The translations under genes were made by a program, and so were the position numbers. From positions 8,494,001 through 8,558,000 of the forward strand of contig OZ234494.1 in NCBI GenBank assembly GCA_965153455.1: 64,000 bases of DNA. The letters run 5' to 3'. Shown here one piece after another: positions 27,071-40,512 of the stretch. Source of the DNA: Sphagnum compactum (lineage: Eukaryota). The notes beneath the pieces were generated by a model that saw only the letters and a list, made by a program, of their open reading frames with translations, ran no database searches and was not told the DNA's origin. How positions within the stretch are numbered: position 1 is the stretch's first letter; every line of letters begins with the position of its first letter.

Positions 27071-29884
27071 GATTTTGCCAAGAGACATAGTAGTTTTAGA
27101 TCTCAAACCATAAAAAAATCCACAACTCTAGCACCCATCTAGCACCTACCTCTTAAATTTATACACATCAATTCTTATTTGACTAGACCATGAATCTAAA
27201 TGTTCATTGAGGTTTTAGGATTGATTCCAAACAATGTTTTTGAACAACAACTAGGAAAATCACAAGCATCCTAACTAATATAAAATTAAATTTATATTAA
27301 AAAAGGTTCATGGATAGCATTGAGATCAATTCTCAAGTTTCCACTTTTGTTTTTGGGCCATGTTATTTATAATACAACGTTTGCAATGTGCATTCATCAT
27401 GGATAATACCAATTTGACCAATGTTTATTATATCATCTTCAACATCTTTTGTCTATATACATGATTCTATTTCTTGCCCAATAAAAAATCCTTGGCAATA
27501 TCACATGTATGCAAGTTAGGGGGAAATTGAACTATAGCTGAAATTGTAACCATGACCAATGTATGTTCATATATTGTACCATAGGAAATTGGCATGTGCA
27601 TTATATCAACTGTAGTGTCAAAATTCAAAGGGGTGAATTCTCTTGTAGTTTCCCTAAGCTAGCAATATGACACATTTAAATTGGTCATGTTGTTGTCAAC
27701 ACTCCAAAGTTTGGATTATCCATGAGTAGAGAAACATTAACATGTACATCAACAATGTGTTCAAAATTGGGCTATAGATTTAGGATGCTTCAATGATGTG
27801 TTCATGATTAGGTTGTTGGTGGATCTAAGACACTTCTTCCCATGTTTTTTGATGGAGGTGTCACTTGAATATAACATGGCATTAGTCCATGGGTTTGCTA
27901 TTTGTTACCATATTAATGGGTGAAAGCATAGTAAAGTATACACAAAAAGTAAACAACAAAATACTAGGGTCCCTAAATAAGAAGGAATAACAAGTAGATG
28001 AGTTCATGGGGATAATAATTTTTTTGGTACAATAAATTTTTAACTCTTATTTACATGGACTTCAAAGTTGAATTATTACAATTGAATGTTTTTAAAACAA
28101 ATTGCAAGTACTTGAATTTGACTTAAAATTTGCGGTAGTTTGAAAAATAAAGTTCAAATACTTGAAAGTAGGTGAAATGTTTTTGCAAATATTTGGTTTT
28201 TTTCCAAGCACCTTAATATTAATATGGTGAACTTTTATTTATTTATAGTTAATCAAGTTTGTTTTCATAACTAAAATCATCCCCAACCTTTAAAAAATGA
28301 CATAATTGTTGGGGATACTTTTAGGGTACTTCTTCAAGTCCAAATGATATGACACAAATTGCTTTGAAAAGGTAGAGGGAGGTTAGCTTGATGCCCATGA
28401 AAAAAACTAAATGTTTCATTTGTTTTGAAATGCTAGAGGAAGGTTTTAAGTTATAAAGATTGTTTTTTTGTGTTTTCAAGTAGAAAACAAAATAATAAGT
28501 ATGTACATAATATCTTGCTAGCACCCTAATCCTCTTGAAAATGTGGTGTTGTGTATTAATGGACCCAAGATATATGTGTTACTTTTTTGACATTTTATGT
28601 CTTGTACAACCATGCAAAATATTTTGTTAGGGTGGGAAAAAGATAATGTGGACCATTTTTTACATCACATTGTAAGTTTTTGGAAAGTGTCATGCATTAA
28701 CATGCCATTGACTTGCCATCAAATCATCATTATGCCAAATTTGCCATTGAATTAAGATCTTCAACTTGAATAGAAAACAATTACATAAAAATTATAAAAT
28801 ATACTCTCTAAATATAAAGTATTGAAGTTTTGAAGTTGAAAAATATGGATTGGTCTTTTGTTTGTGGCTTGATACAAATACACTATTGTTTATGATTTTT
28901 TTGGGGGTTATCTTATAGGGACTCAATATATGATATATTAAAGAAAAAATAACATACATGAAAAAATAGTTAGAAATGACTTTAACCCCCAAAAAACTTT
29001 ATTTTCAAAGTTCATATCATATTCATTTTTTGATGGATTTTAATATTATTTCTCTTTAAATGCATCTTAAAGATTTATCTAGTAGGTATTTTACTCACAT
29101 AATATTTATTGTCTCATTAACCACATTTGATCCCCCACTTAAACAATGATATCACAATAGACTACAATTTTTAACACTTTTGAATGAACTTTTTATGGAT
29201 TACATATTTGCTGGAATTAGTCCACCTTAATTACCTTGCAACCACCCGTTAGCGTAAGTTAATAAACACTCTAAAAAACCAACTATCCAAAAATGACATG
29301 AAGTTTTAAACAATAAACTAGGTCCCTAATATAACTATGATTAAAAACCAAATATGGGTAGTAATATATAAGCATGCATGTGATTATATTAAGCACTTTA
29401 GTGTATATCTACAAATTTGATAGTCCCAAATTCATGCTAAGGGGAGATGCCAAGTATAAACACAAGTGAAAAAATAAAAAAAACAAAATGGAACTACCTT
29501 CATTAAACAATCCTACCTTTTAAAAAAGAAAGGAAATAACCTCATAGAGGGTACCATCACTCTAAGATTCAATGTTATGGCAAGAAGGTAGTTGCATTCC
29601 TACCAAGTTTCCCCTTCCATTGTAGATTATCCCAATAGGAATGTGCTACCTTTATTAAATGTATTTGCTGCCTTCCACTATGGCTACTTTCCATGGTGTT
29701 GCAGCTACCATCTAAAGACTTATGTCCATATATATATTTCAACATAAAATTAAAAACTATAGTATTTTTTATTAAACAAGACTAATTACATCTACTTGCA
29801 AGTAGGTATACAAAGGTCAATACAAGGGAAAGAAAACATATACGATGCAACAACCTTTCTTGGAATAAATGATACATCATTTGC

Positions 29885-30028
29885 CACTACAACAAAAAAT
29901 GTTCATGTACATTAAGTGATTTCACTAGATTTTGAGTGAATTCACTAGTCTAAGGTAAACGGAGATTAGTTGGAAAGTAATGAATTCACTAGTTTAGTGA
30001 ATAGGGACTAGTGAATTGCACTCACATA
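29885..30028 (-). mobile_element. CACTA miniature, one end missing
   Basis: Starts CACTACAACAAAA and is the reverse complement of the copies at 32542, 33126 and 37211, with repeated GAATTCACTAG subterminal motifs. Confidence 0.7.
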
Positions 30029-30049
30029 TCCTACTCTCTAGCAATAATC

Positions 30050-32480
30050 TTTACAACTCCAAGATCCATAAAAGATAACCAAAACCCAACAAGGTTCCCC
30101 GCCATCCATTAGTTCCCAAGGGCACCTCATCTTCTCCTACAAAATAGGCCTAACATCCAAATCTCCTCTACAAAGCTGATTGTTGTATGACAATGAAATT
30201 AGGTCCATGAACAATTGACTATTTATGTTGTTCCCATAGAATATGTGGAAAACATCAATCCTAAGGTATGCTTGTTTCTATAGGTTGAACATATAAGTTG
30301 CTTGAAAGCCCATTAGCCTTAAAATTCCCAATATTACCTAAGGTTAAGGATAGGGATTAAAGTTAGGTAATGTCAAGGTATGAGTATTTGCATCAAATGT
30401 CTACATCAAATGATGAATGTTTACATTAATGGTTGAAAACCATGCTTTGAATGTTGTAACAATTGATAAATTTAATAATGTTTTATTCATTTTTGTCACA
30501 ATTCTTACAATTCTTGTCATGTTGAAACATAAATTTAAACACTAGCTTGGGGAGGAAGGGGGCTAGATGGGGAATGTTCCTTAGGCCAACATCTAAAAAC
30601 ACATACAAATACCTAATATGAACGAGCCCTCTTGCCTACACTTACTAGACTATAAAAAAACTTCAAGTAAAAGGTGATAACCTTTCCACATTCAAAAAAA
30701 GTATTGAACTTGAAGTGTTAATTTACTAATTAATGGTTGGGCATGGATAAGGCTAATAAAAGTTACTTCTATAGCTTAGGTTTATGGGAAATCTTCCAAG
30801 TCAATTTCAATTGCAAGAAAACACATAGGTTGCACAATAGTGGTTATATGCGAACTTGCAACAACTACTGCTATTCATCAAATCATTCAAAGGTGAGAGT
30901 GAAAAACAAACAAAATTGTAATCAAACCATGAATTACTTAGGGCATTGCCATCATGGATTGGTAATCAACTTGTAATTTCCACACCCACTCCAATCATTC
31001 TAAGTGCGAGTACATTCAATATTAACATGGAGGACCATGGAGGACATGGTGTTTGAGACCATTACTCTAGGAGAATAAAATCCATTGCCTTAACAAACAC
31101 ATTTCAATTCTTATACAAAAACCCAATTGTATTGGAACCATTCCTTTGACAATTGGTGGGCATTTGAATAGTTACCTTCACATATGGATCATGAGGCATT
31201 ACATGCATGCAATTTGTGGTCAACTCAACACCAAGCAAAATTGAAGATGGTGAAAATTTATTAACGACAATAGATTGAATTGACCATAGCTTTCAAAAAG
31301 GGGAAACTAATGCTAAAACCCAAACAAAAATCCGTTCAAAAATCTACATCAACATCCATTCTAAAGTCCTCATTAATGCCAATTTTCCTTCTTTTGATGT
31401 TAGAGATTGTTTGGTACATCGCCTTGTGAGATTTTGATTTCCACAACTCCTAAGGACAAATACAAGTTCCCACACAAGATGACAATATCTAGTGGAAAAT
31501 CGCCTTCAATGGTAACATCTTTATGCTAAGACCCACAATAGAAATGCCAATTTCAACATGAATAACTTGCTACATTTATTTACATTCCATTCAAGATTCT
31601 AAAATAACATCTATTCATAACCATAAAATCAATATTTCCTTTTCCCCATTTAAGAATCTACAACAACATCCATGCAAAACTTTAAGTAAATTAAATTTAT
31701 AGATCCCTTGGAACATCACCATGAAATTTTAATATGTAACTTCTAGGGACAAATTCAATGGGCACCAACAAAAAAATCATCCAATGGAAAATCACAAATC
31801 ACATACCTTCTACTAAAATTTACATGTATCTTCCATTATCGCCTTCAATTTTTGTTCATATGTAGCTATGTACCTTTGTGCCTCTTCTATAATACATTTT
31901 GATTCCTCCATGCTAAACTTCAACCCAATTAACCCTAACACATTAGCTACATACCTTTACAACAACAAGTGGATATAAATCACACAATACAACATGTAAG
32001 TATGCCACCTGTTTGTTTCATATGGGGAGATCTCATATGGACACATATTACAAGCCTTTATGCATTAACCTTTGCTAATCTTTACAATCAAAAGCTTGTT
32101 TTCAATTTGTGTAAACACCTTTCCCCCACTAAGTTAGACAAATATTCCATGCTTCCATTTTTGAGTCTTCCCACATATCTTATGCACACCTTTTTGTGTT
32201 ATTAATGTTACAACCTTTGCCCATTTTATTGAATAATTTTTTTCTTGTGTAATGTATCCTTTGACCAATCACAACATGGAGTCATTTTTGGTTGGTTGAA
32301 GTGTACCATAGTTCTACCAATCCAACTTCTTCAACTCCTTGGTATCAACATGAATGAGAGGGTTAATAAGCTTGAAACTAAGCTAATTTGGACAAACATA
32401 TTTGTTAAAGCATTTAATGTTGAAAATTATTATTCTACGATAATCCATTTCCTTCCAAGGTGAAAAATCAACATCATCCT
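30050..32480 (-). pseudogene. Heavily decayed, internally deleted Ty3/Gypsy gag-pol remnant
   Basis: Fragments in Gypsy order on the minus strand: protease-like YVANVLGLIGLK (~31950), integrase AMDFIL (~31085), decayed HPQT-like motif (~30745) and RIDVFHI (~30255). Confidence 0.45.
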
Positions 32481-32541
32481 TCTTTTTCCTCTTTTTTCAA
32501 TGTTTTGGACAAGCTAGTTAAACAAAAGAAACATTGTAATA

Positions 32542-32695
32542 CATTATTATAAAATGTGGGTGTAATTCACTAGTCCCCATTTAGTGGACCAGAGAATTCA
32601 TTACATCCCCACTAGGTCCCATTCAATGGGACCAATTAATTCATTCAAAATCCAATGAAATCACTTGGTGTACAAGGATGCATTTTGTTGTAGTG
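32542..32695 (+). mobile_element. CACTA miniature (154 bp)
   Basis: Decayed left TIR CATTATTATAAAATG, right TIR CATTTTGTTGTAGTG, flanks ATA/AAA. Confidence 0.7.
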
Positions 32696-33125
32696 AAAAG
32701 AAGGACATGTACACAAACATTTAAAACTTGACTTTACCTAAACCTAAGTCCATCATGCATAGTTCAAATGAATTGCAAAACAAAACATTTACATTTGGTT
32801 GCCACAATGTAATAAAAAACCTTATATTGTGATAACAAATGTAACTTGCCCATGTAACAAAATGAAATGAAATATGTTGCAAGAAAATTTGTTACATGGC
32901 ACAAACATTTGAAGAAATAAGATCTTATTTGATATTTTTGTTTATGAAGGAGGATTAACACAATTGCACATATGGTGCATGTATGAAAGAGGGAGACAAT
33001 AATGAAATAGGAAGACCACGATGAAGGGTGAAATTGATTAACAACCTTAAGCTTGTTAAGTGTCTATAGGAAGATAATGATCATATAGATGGTATGTGTG
33101 TCAAAGAGGAAGATGATGTTGATGG

Positions 33126-33269
33126 CATTACTACAAAATGTGAGTGCAATTCATTGGTCCCCATTCAATGGACTAATGAATCCATTGTCCTTGTTCAGTC
33201 AAATCCAACGAATTCATTCAAAATCTAATGAAATTACATTGTGAATAGGGGACACATTTTGTTGTAGTG
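33126..33269 (+). mobile_element. CACTA miniature (144 bp)
   Basis: TIRs CATTACTACAAAATG / CATTTTGTTGTAGTG with a perfect 3-bp TSD TGG. Confidence 0.85.
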
Positions 33270-35779
33270 TGGAAGATGGCCACAATGAAAAACCAAGCTA
33301 CTAGCAATGGAAACAACTAGTATGTGTCGACATGAGGAAGACAACCATAATTGGCAAGTGTGTGAAGATGTTTTACATGCCGCATGAATGTTGGCATAAA
33401 TTCAAAATCCCATGTAAACTTGAAAAAAACTTGTTTCCAATGTTAATTATGGGTGCAAGCAAGGTAGAGTAGACGGTTCATTGCTATGTGTAAAAAAAAT
33501 TTACAAGTAACCATGATTTTTTTTTAATGTATTGAAAGTAGAAATTTTATTTTGTACAATAATTAACATGAGGATAATATTTCATTCTATATTTAAAATG
33601 TTAAAAGCCCCATCTTGAAAGTATAATTAAGTCAAAATTTAAAAAATGTTTCTATTTGCATGAGATGTCCAATCTCATAAAATGGGTTACATGTAAATGA
33701 AATATTGATTAAAAATAATTTCAAGTTAGTGAGGCCCTAAAAACTACTTATGAATTATGCATGCTATAATCATGATATATCAAAATTTTAATATGAAGTA
33801 GGTTTGAACAACATTTTGACCTAGTTATTTTTAAACATACTTTCAACCTATTTTTATGATACCAAAGTTGTTTAAACTTTGCCTTCAACTTCTCATAAAC
33901 TAAATGTATTAACCTATGGTTTCATATTTATACTTCAAAATATTTTGAATCTACTTTCTTGTGTTCATATTACAAATTGTTTCATTTTTTAATTAAATTT
34001 TGGGCAGATTATTATTTTTGTCTACTTTACTTTACTAGCATCCTCATGTTAAGTCCATCCATCCTACTCAACCAATTAGAACATGTCACATTATTTATTT
34101 TTCCAACATGAATCCTTGCTCATGAATTAACCAAGCATGTAGGTATGGTTTGTGTTAGCGTGGTTTGACCTTAATGTGTTCTTTTGCTTCTACTTTTGCT
34201 TGTTTTAACTTTTTTTCACAAATCACCAATACTATGTTCAATTCCTAATCCTATTGGTGTGCTACAAAATCCATCGGATCAATGCACAATGCAATGTGCT
34301 CTCTTTCAATCAAAATCTACTTTTGGAATCTTTTCACCTTTAAGGACAATGCTTGATTGATCAAGAATTGGCTTTTCTTTCAATCTCTAGTTGTATTGAT
34401 TAATTGATTTGCTCCACAATCTCCTTTCTCAATCTTCTTTATATTGTCGATCTTCCATTAAACCCTTTTGCTAAAACATCAAAGCCATCTCATTGGCTAT
34501 CATCGATTCAATATTCCTCTCAACAAGTTATGTGTTTTTTTTAACAATAACTTCATTATTGATGGTTTGTCCACCAATAAGTTGACTTGATCCAATTGCT
34601 TTGGTGTGATTTCTTTTAAAATGTCCTTTGTTCTTGACTTGTTTCATTTAACACCTAATGAAGAACCATCTTCTAGCTTGTGCTTCGACATGATTTCCTC
34701 CAGAAGTTGTTCCTTGAAGTGCTCAACTTTTCTATTCCAAATAACAATGATCATCTTCTTGTATGGCAATCATGAAGATAAATGAAGAATGCCAACAAAA
34801 AGAAATCAAGTCCTAGGCGATTGATTTCTTCTTCAACTTCATTGTTTTCTTCAAAATTCCATTGCAAAAGTCAATTCTTGCACTTAACCTACAAGTATTT
34901 CCAAGCTCAAACAAAGTTCCATTCATGTTCCTCATTAATGTATTCTCCATCTTTTGTGTGAATATTAAAACAATTGTGGATTTCAAATGTTTCTTTAAAT
35001 GTGTTTCAAATTTTCCCACCTATCTCCAACACTCAAATGATGATGAGTAAAGGAAATATTTTTATCAACCTTAAAGTCATATGGCAATTGTTGTTCTACC
35101 TCCTAGTTCAATTCTAAGTTTGTTGATAAACACAACTTCTTTAAAGGCCAAATGTAAATTTCTAGTTTTTGTTTCCTTTTCATGACTTGTTTCTTATCTA
35201 ATCCCTTAGCAAAAAAAAATGTAGTCCTTTTAAATATAGTGGTATCAAACTTTTCCCATTCTTTTTCAAGTGGATCATGATGTGTTTGATTTGCCCAAGC
35301 TTTCCATGTGCATATGTTCCAATCTTCAAGGCGACTTTTATCCTTAGCAAATGTTTCTTGCTACAAGTTATGTTGGCTGCGAATATGCTTAAACTCTTTT
35401 ATTTCCTCTAGGAGTAGGTACCTAGGTTGAGGCCAATCTATCATGCCTACCAACTTCTCACCTCTCTTCATTATTTCTACTATGCCATAAAGGGTCATGT
35501 TGCCATTTTTTTGGTTTTGTCATTGGTGATGTTTTTTTCCAAAACTTTGTCACTTCCCCTATTTTTCGATGAATAATAATTAGGATTGTTGGTTTCTTCA
35601 TTTATGAGTCATTTCTTCTTCCCTTAGTTACTTGACTTTTTGATGGGTATTTTGGCTTTCTTTGATCCCTTTGGTTACAACATGAATTTTTTTTGGCATC
35701 ATACTCCCATTACATTATATTGTTATAATGCCAATAATAATAATATTTTTTTTAGTTGGGCAATGGAATTTTAATTTAT

Positions 35780-37765
35780 TGACATTTATTATTGCAACAT
35801 CATTGTTAGCTACAATATGTAATTGAACAATATTATTATTGTAGACATTTTCACCTTAAAGGGGCCAATCCAAGGAAATTAAATTTCCTCATTTGATTTT
35901 GGGGTCTTTGGGTAGCCAAATAACTAAATCTCCATCGCATGATAAAACTTGAGATTTTTTCATCATCTTGTTGGTGATTTTTCAATAATTGTATGTAATC
36001 CATAATATTTCAAGCAATGAATCATTTTTCATCTAATCATTTTAAATATTTCATCTAAACCAATTATAATGCATTTTTCATATTTCCATTTCACTTACCA
36101 ATTGTTCAGTTGGTTAACATTGAAAACTTGTTCAAAGTAATAATGACATTAATCTATATTCCAACTTATAGGGTCTATGTTGGGTTGTAATTTTATAAGC
36201 CATTTGATAGGCCCATCAAAAAGTGGATAACATTACATCCCAATTTGTTTTATTAACATTAACCAATTTAGTTAAATTGTGTTTTAAGGTTTTATTGGTT
36301 GACTTTGTTGTGGATAGTAGGCAACAAATTTATGATGGGTCATCATAAATTCCTTAATAAATTTTTTAATTATAATGTTGATGAAGTCACTATCATGGTC
36401 ACTCACCAAATGTGTTGGATAACCAAAACATGTGATGATACTTTCATTAAAAAATCTAGCAATGTTTTTTGTTCATATTATTTCATATTAAAACTTTAAC
36501 CTCCACCCATTTTGTGGTATAATTAGTAGCCATAATATATATCAATTATCAATGTTGGTTTAATGGGGCCCATAAAGTTTAATCCTTGCTTCATAAAGGG
36601 TTCAAATGCCATAATAAATTGAGAAGTTTCGTTCCCACTTCTAAATGTGGGTCCTAATTGTTGGTAAACTTCACAACTTTAGCACATTTCAATAATGTAT
36701 TTTTGTAGGGTAAGCCATTAATAATCAATTATCATAATTTCATTTATGATTGTGTTCACATTAAAATGCTCACTAACTAATCCTTCATGGAATTCAATTG
36801 ACATTGATTTACGTTCGGAAGGTGTTAAACATTATTTCTTAATATTGTATTTGGGCCCAATTTATATAATTTCTCCCCATATAATGTATAGGGTTTGGAT
36901 TTAACAATTATTTTTTTCCTTTTTTCTTGTCCAATATTTCATCCTCAAAATAACCCTTTTGTAAATTTTGTTGATAAATGAATACAAGTCTATTGATATT
37001 GATAACAGGGTAGCATTTGGTAACTAATATTCCACTCCAACAATTGGTTGACCATTATCAATTCGGGATAATTGGTCAAGAACAAAATTGACTCAATTGG
37101 GGTTATACATTACTTTTAAATTATTGCAAGAGTAATAACCATTTAGTTATTCTTCTAGTGAATATCTGTTTATTCACTAGGTACAATAGAGTTTGATGAT
37201 CTAAAAAAATCATCACTACAAAATGTGGGTGCAATTCACTATTAGTCCCCATTCAATGGATCAATGAATTCATTCAAAATCTAGTGAAATCACTTGGCAT
37301 ACATGAATACATTTTGTTGTAGTGAATGTAAATGTGTTATTAAGAAGATAATGTTGAAATTTTTGATGACATAAATCATGACAAATGTTTCTTTCTTAAT
37401 AGTAGAATAATTTTCTTAGCATTTATCATTAGTTGACTAGCATACTATATTGGATGATCAATGGTGTTGTCCAAAGTTTGAGTTGATATAACTCCCACAA
37501 CATAATTGGATGCATCTAGAAACACATGGAATTCTTTAATTGAGTTTAGTGCAATCAACATTGGTAGAATGTTCATAGACGTTTTCATCCATTCAAAGGT
37601 TGCAATTTTAATAAAAAAAATCTTCAACCATCCTTATTTGATTATAACCATTGTACCCATCCATAAATGAATGCATCCCATGAGTTGCAATATTGTCAAC
37701 CCCAAATCCACAAAAGTTAATTAGAATGGATCGTTTATCATTTATGCATTAAATTTTCTACAATT
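35780..37765 (-). pseudogene. Ty3/Gypsy pol remnant (RT, RNase H, integrase)
   Basis: RT SFMDGYNGYNQI (~37630-37675); RNase H FHVFLDASNYVVGVISTQ...DHPI and DHQTLLYLVNK; integrase GLNFMGPIKPT and YTTKWVEV; C-terminal PWIGPFKV (~35860). Many stops and deletions. Confidence 0.85.
37211..37324 (+). mobile_element. CACTA miniature (114 bp) inserted in the Gypsy RNase H
   Basis: TIRs CATCACTACAAAATG / CATTTTGTTGTAGTG with a perfect TSD AAT. Removing it rejoins ...NNTFTF with DHQTLLYL. Confidence 0.85.
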
Positions 37766-38617
37766 AGGTGGGTGCAAGAATGAATGGACCAACATTTGAA
37801 CTTTTTGAAAATTTCTATAGAGTGCTTGTCATTCTAATGACCACATTTGATAGGTAAATTTAATTTTTCTTTATAGGTACTTAGTTTAAGAATACTAACT
37901 TTAATATGTATATATTCCATTTATTAAAATTTCATAATCAAGAAAAACACAAGAGATATGGACTTTCAAAATCAAACATTATGGATTGTAATCTTGACAA
38001 CATTTTTTAATATGGACTTTGAAATAGTCCAATCATTTATGATGTGTTAGTTAGGGACTTGATTTTGGTTTGATAACATACAAAAAAAACTAATTTTGAA
38101 AAGTTTTGCATGATGGCATTTGTAAGATTTTACCTATGGATTAAATAATAAACTAGAAAATAAAATATAGTTTTTAAAAAATCCATAAAATATTTTTCTA
38201 AAAAAAGTTTTAGGATTATTCTTGTGCACATGTGTTAAGAAAAGGGACCTCTAAATAGGCTGTAGATTAAATGGAAAAAATTCCCAAGGAACCAATGGAA
38301 AACCTTTCTAATTCACTCCAACCCACAAAGAAAAAACGCAAAAATGCAAAAGAATTGCCCCCAAAAAACCATTGAAAACAACCCCCACTTCCCTTTATTC
38401 ATGATTCAAAAATACATGGGAACAGATGTCCCGACAAACGACTCAAACTAAAGATGTAGCTCTGGGTTATAAAATCATGCTCAACTCTACCATTAGATTC
38501 ATTAGTGTGAGAGAATGAGCGTCCAGACTTTTCACAAATTTTCAATGTTGAGAAAAATCATCATGTTGTTAATATTAATTTTGTTTCGGTTGTCGTACAT
38601 AAGATTGCTACCATTAG

Positions 38618-39117
38618 GTTGCTCTGTCGTTTTAGTTCCTCCCTCCGGTTGAAACCGAAGCAGCCGGAGTGGTACTAAGGACCTTTTGTGGTTGCTCTAT
38701 CAGTCTAGTTCCTCCGGTCAAAACCAAACCGGCCAGAGTGTTACTAAGGACTTTTTTGTGGTTGCTCTATCGGGTTAGTTCCTCCAGTTGAACCAAACCG
38801 GCCGGAGTGGTACTAAGGACTTTTTTTTGTGGTTGCTCTATCGGTTTAGTTCCTCCGGTTGAAACCAAACCGGTCGGAGTGATACTAAGGACTTTTTGTG
38901 GTTGTTCTATTGGTTTAGTTCCTCAGGTTGTAACCAAAAACCGGCCGGAGTGGTACTAAGGACCTTTTTGTGATTGCTCTGTCGGTTTAGTTCCTCCGGT
39001 TGGTTGAAACCAAACCGGCCAGAGTGGTACTAAGGACTTGTTGTGGTTATTCTATTGGTTTAGTTCCTCGGGTTGTAACCAAAAACCGGCCGGAGTGGTG
39101 GTACTAAGAACTTTTGT
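38618..39117. repeat. Minisatellite, 7 x ~70 bp, GC-rich and hairpin-forming
   Basis: Consensus GGTTGCTCTATCGGTTTAGTTCCTCCGGTTGAAACCAAACCGGCCGGAGTGGTACTAAGGAC(T)nGT. Confidence 0.95.
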
Positions 39118-39523
39118 CATGAAGCAGGCAGTGGGTGGGTCACTCTCACAATTTGTTGCTTTTTGTCCCTGGCCCTTATCTGCAAAGTCTGACCACAGCA
39201 TCCGAGCCAGCCATACCCACCAAACACATGTAACATGATTCCGATCTGTCGGTCTGTCTGTCGGCCAAACAAAGGCTCATATGGACTTCCTTTCTTGGCC
39301 TTTCTTGTGCCCCCTCAAATGGTATTTTTTATTATTATTATGAACCATAAAGCTGTTTTCAGTTTACAACCCTTTTTTTTTACAAAATAAATACAAACAA
39401 CGGTACTCACCATGCTAACTTGAGACACAACAATTGTAAGTGCACTTACTTCCGGAACTCCCAGCTCTCGGGGGTGTTACCTTACACTATTCTTTGTGAT
39501 CTATGTACGTTAAGGTTCATGGT

Positions 39524-40349
39524 AGAACAAATATTTATTTTAAAAAGAGAAAAAACTATTAAAAAATAAAAACAGAAAAACACTTTAACAATTAGAAACT
39601 TTTTGTAAACACCTAAACATGAAACAAAAAAGGGAAATACAGTAAAATAATCTTTAAAAAAAATTAAAAATAGATGACAAAAAGTAAGAAACAAAACAGA
39701 GAGCAAAAGAAAGAGGAAAAAAACCATACTTGAAAAAAAAATGAGGTTTGTCTTCTTTTTCCAAACTTCAAACCTGCATCTAATCAAACAAAAATAATTT
39801 TTTAAAAAAAATTTATTTTATTATAAAACATATTAGAAAAACTAGAATTTTTTGGAAAAGAAAATAGAAAATAAATAAATAAATGCATAAAAATAGAAAA
39901 AATGAAGATAAACAAAATAAGAATAGAAAAAAATAAAACATGAAACAAACATAAACAAAAAAAGGTAAAAACACAAATACTATAAAAAAGGAATGGAAAC
40001 AAATGAAACAAGGAAAGGGAAATACAGTAAAATCATTTTAAAAGAAAAAAATTACAAAAAAGAAGAAACCAAATAAAGAGTAGAAAATAAGAGAAAATAA
40101 AACTTATAATAATGAAGAAAAACCCTACTTGAAAAAGAATGAGGTGTGTCTTCTTTCTCCAAGCTTCAAACTTGCATCCAAATAAACAAAAATACAAAAG
40201 TGAAAAAGAAACACTTTATTTTTATTATACAAAATAATAATAAAAACAGAAAACACATAAAAATTAAAATTTAAAAATTTAAAAATTAAAAAAAAAACTA
40301 AAACATGAACCAAACATTGTTGAAATAACACACCTGTGCATTAGGCACG
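39524..40349 (+). repeat. A-rich ~830-bp direct repeat, copy 1 (Helitron 3' region, stops inside the hairpin)
   Basis: Colinear with 41335-42182 from AGAACAAATAT to ACACCTGTGCATTAGGCACG. Confidence 0.95.
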
Positions 40350-40512
40350 TCATCCATCCGTCCCGTCGTCCCTCTGTCCAGCCGTCTGGTCGTCCATGCG
40401 AATTGACACCCTGGAAGCTCCGAGGTTGCCGGCTGCACACCATCCTTCTATTGAGTCTGACACAGCCATAAATTCCAAGAAAACAAAAGGAAGAATTCGC
40501 CAGATTTAGATA

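Noticed and set aside
29885..32695. A single 2.8-kb CACTA element between the facing CACTA and TAGTG ends
   Set aside because: The flanks (TGC vs AAA) do not match, and the right part has its own left TIR at 32542.
38618..39117. CRISPR array, tRNA cluster or hammerhead ribozyme array
   Set aside because: Units are contiguous with no unique spacers, no cloverleaf or anticodon arm can be drawn, and there is no CTGATGA core on either strand.
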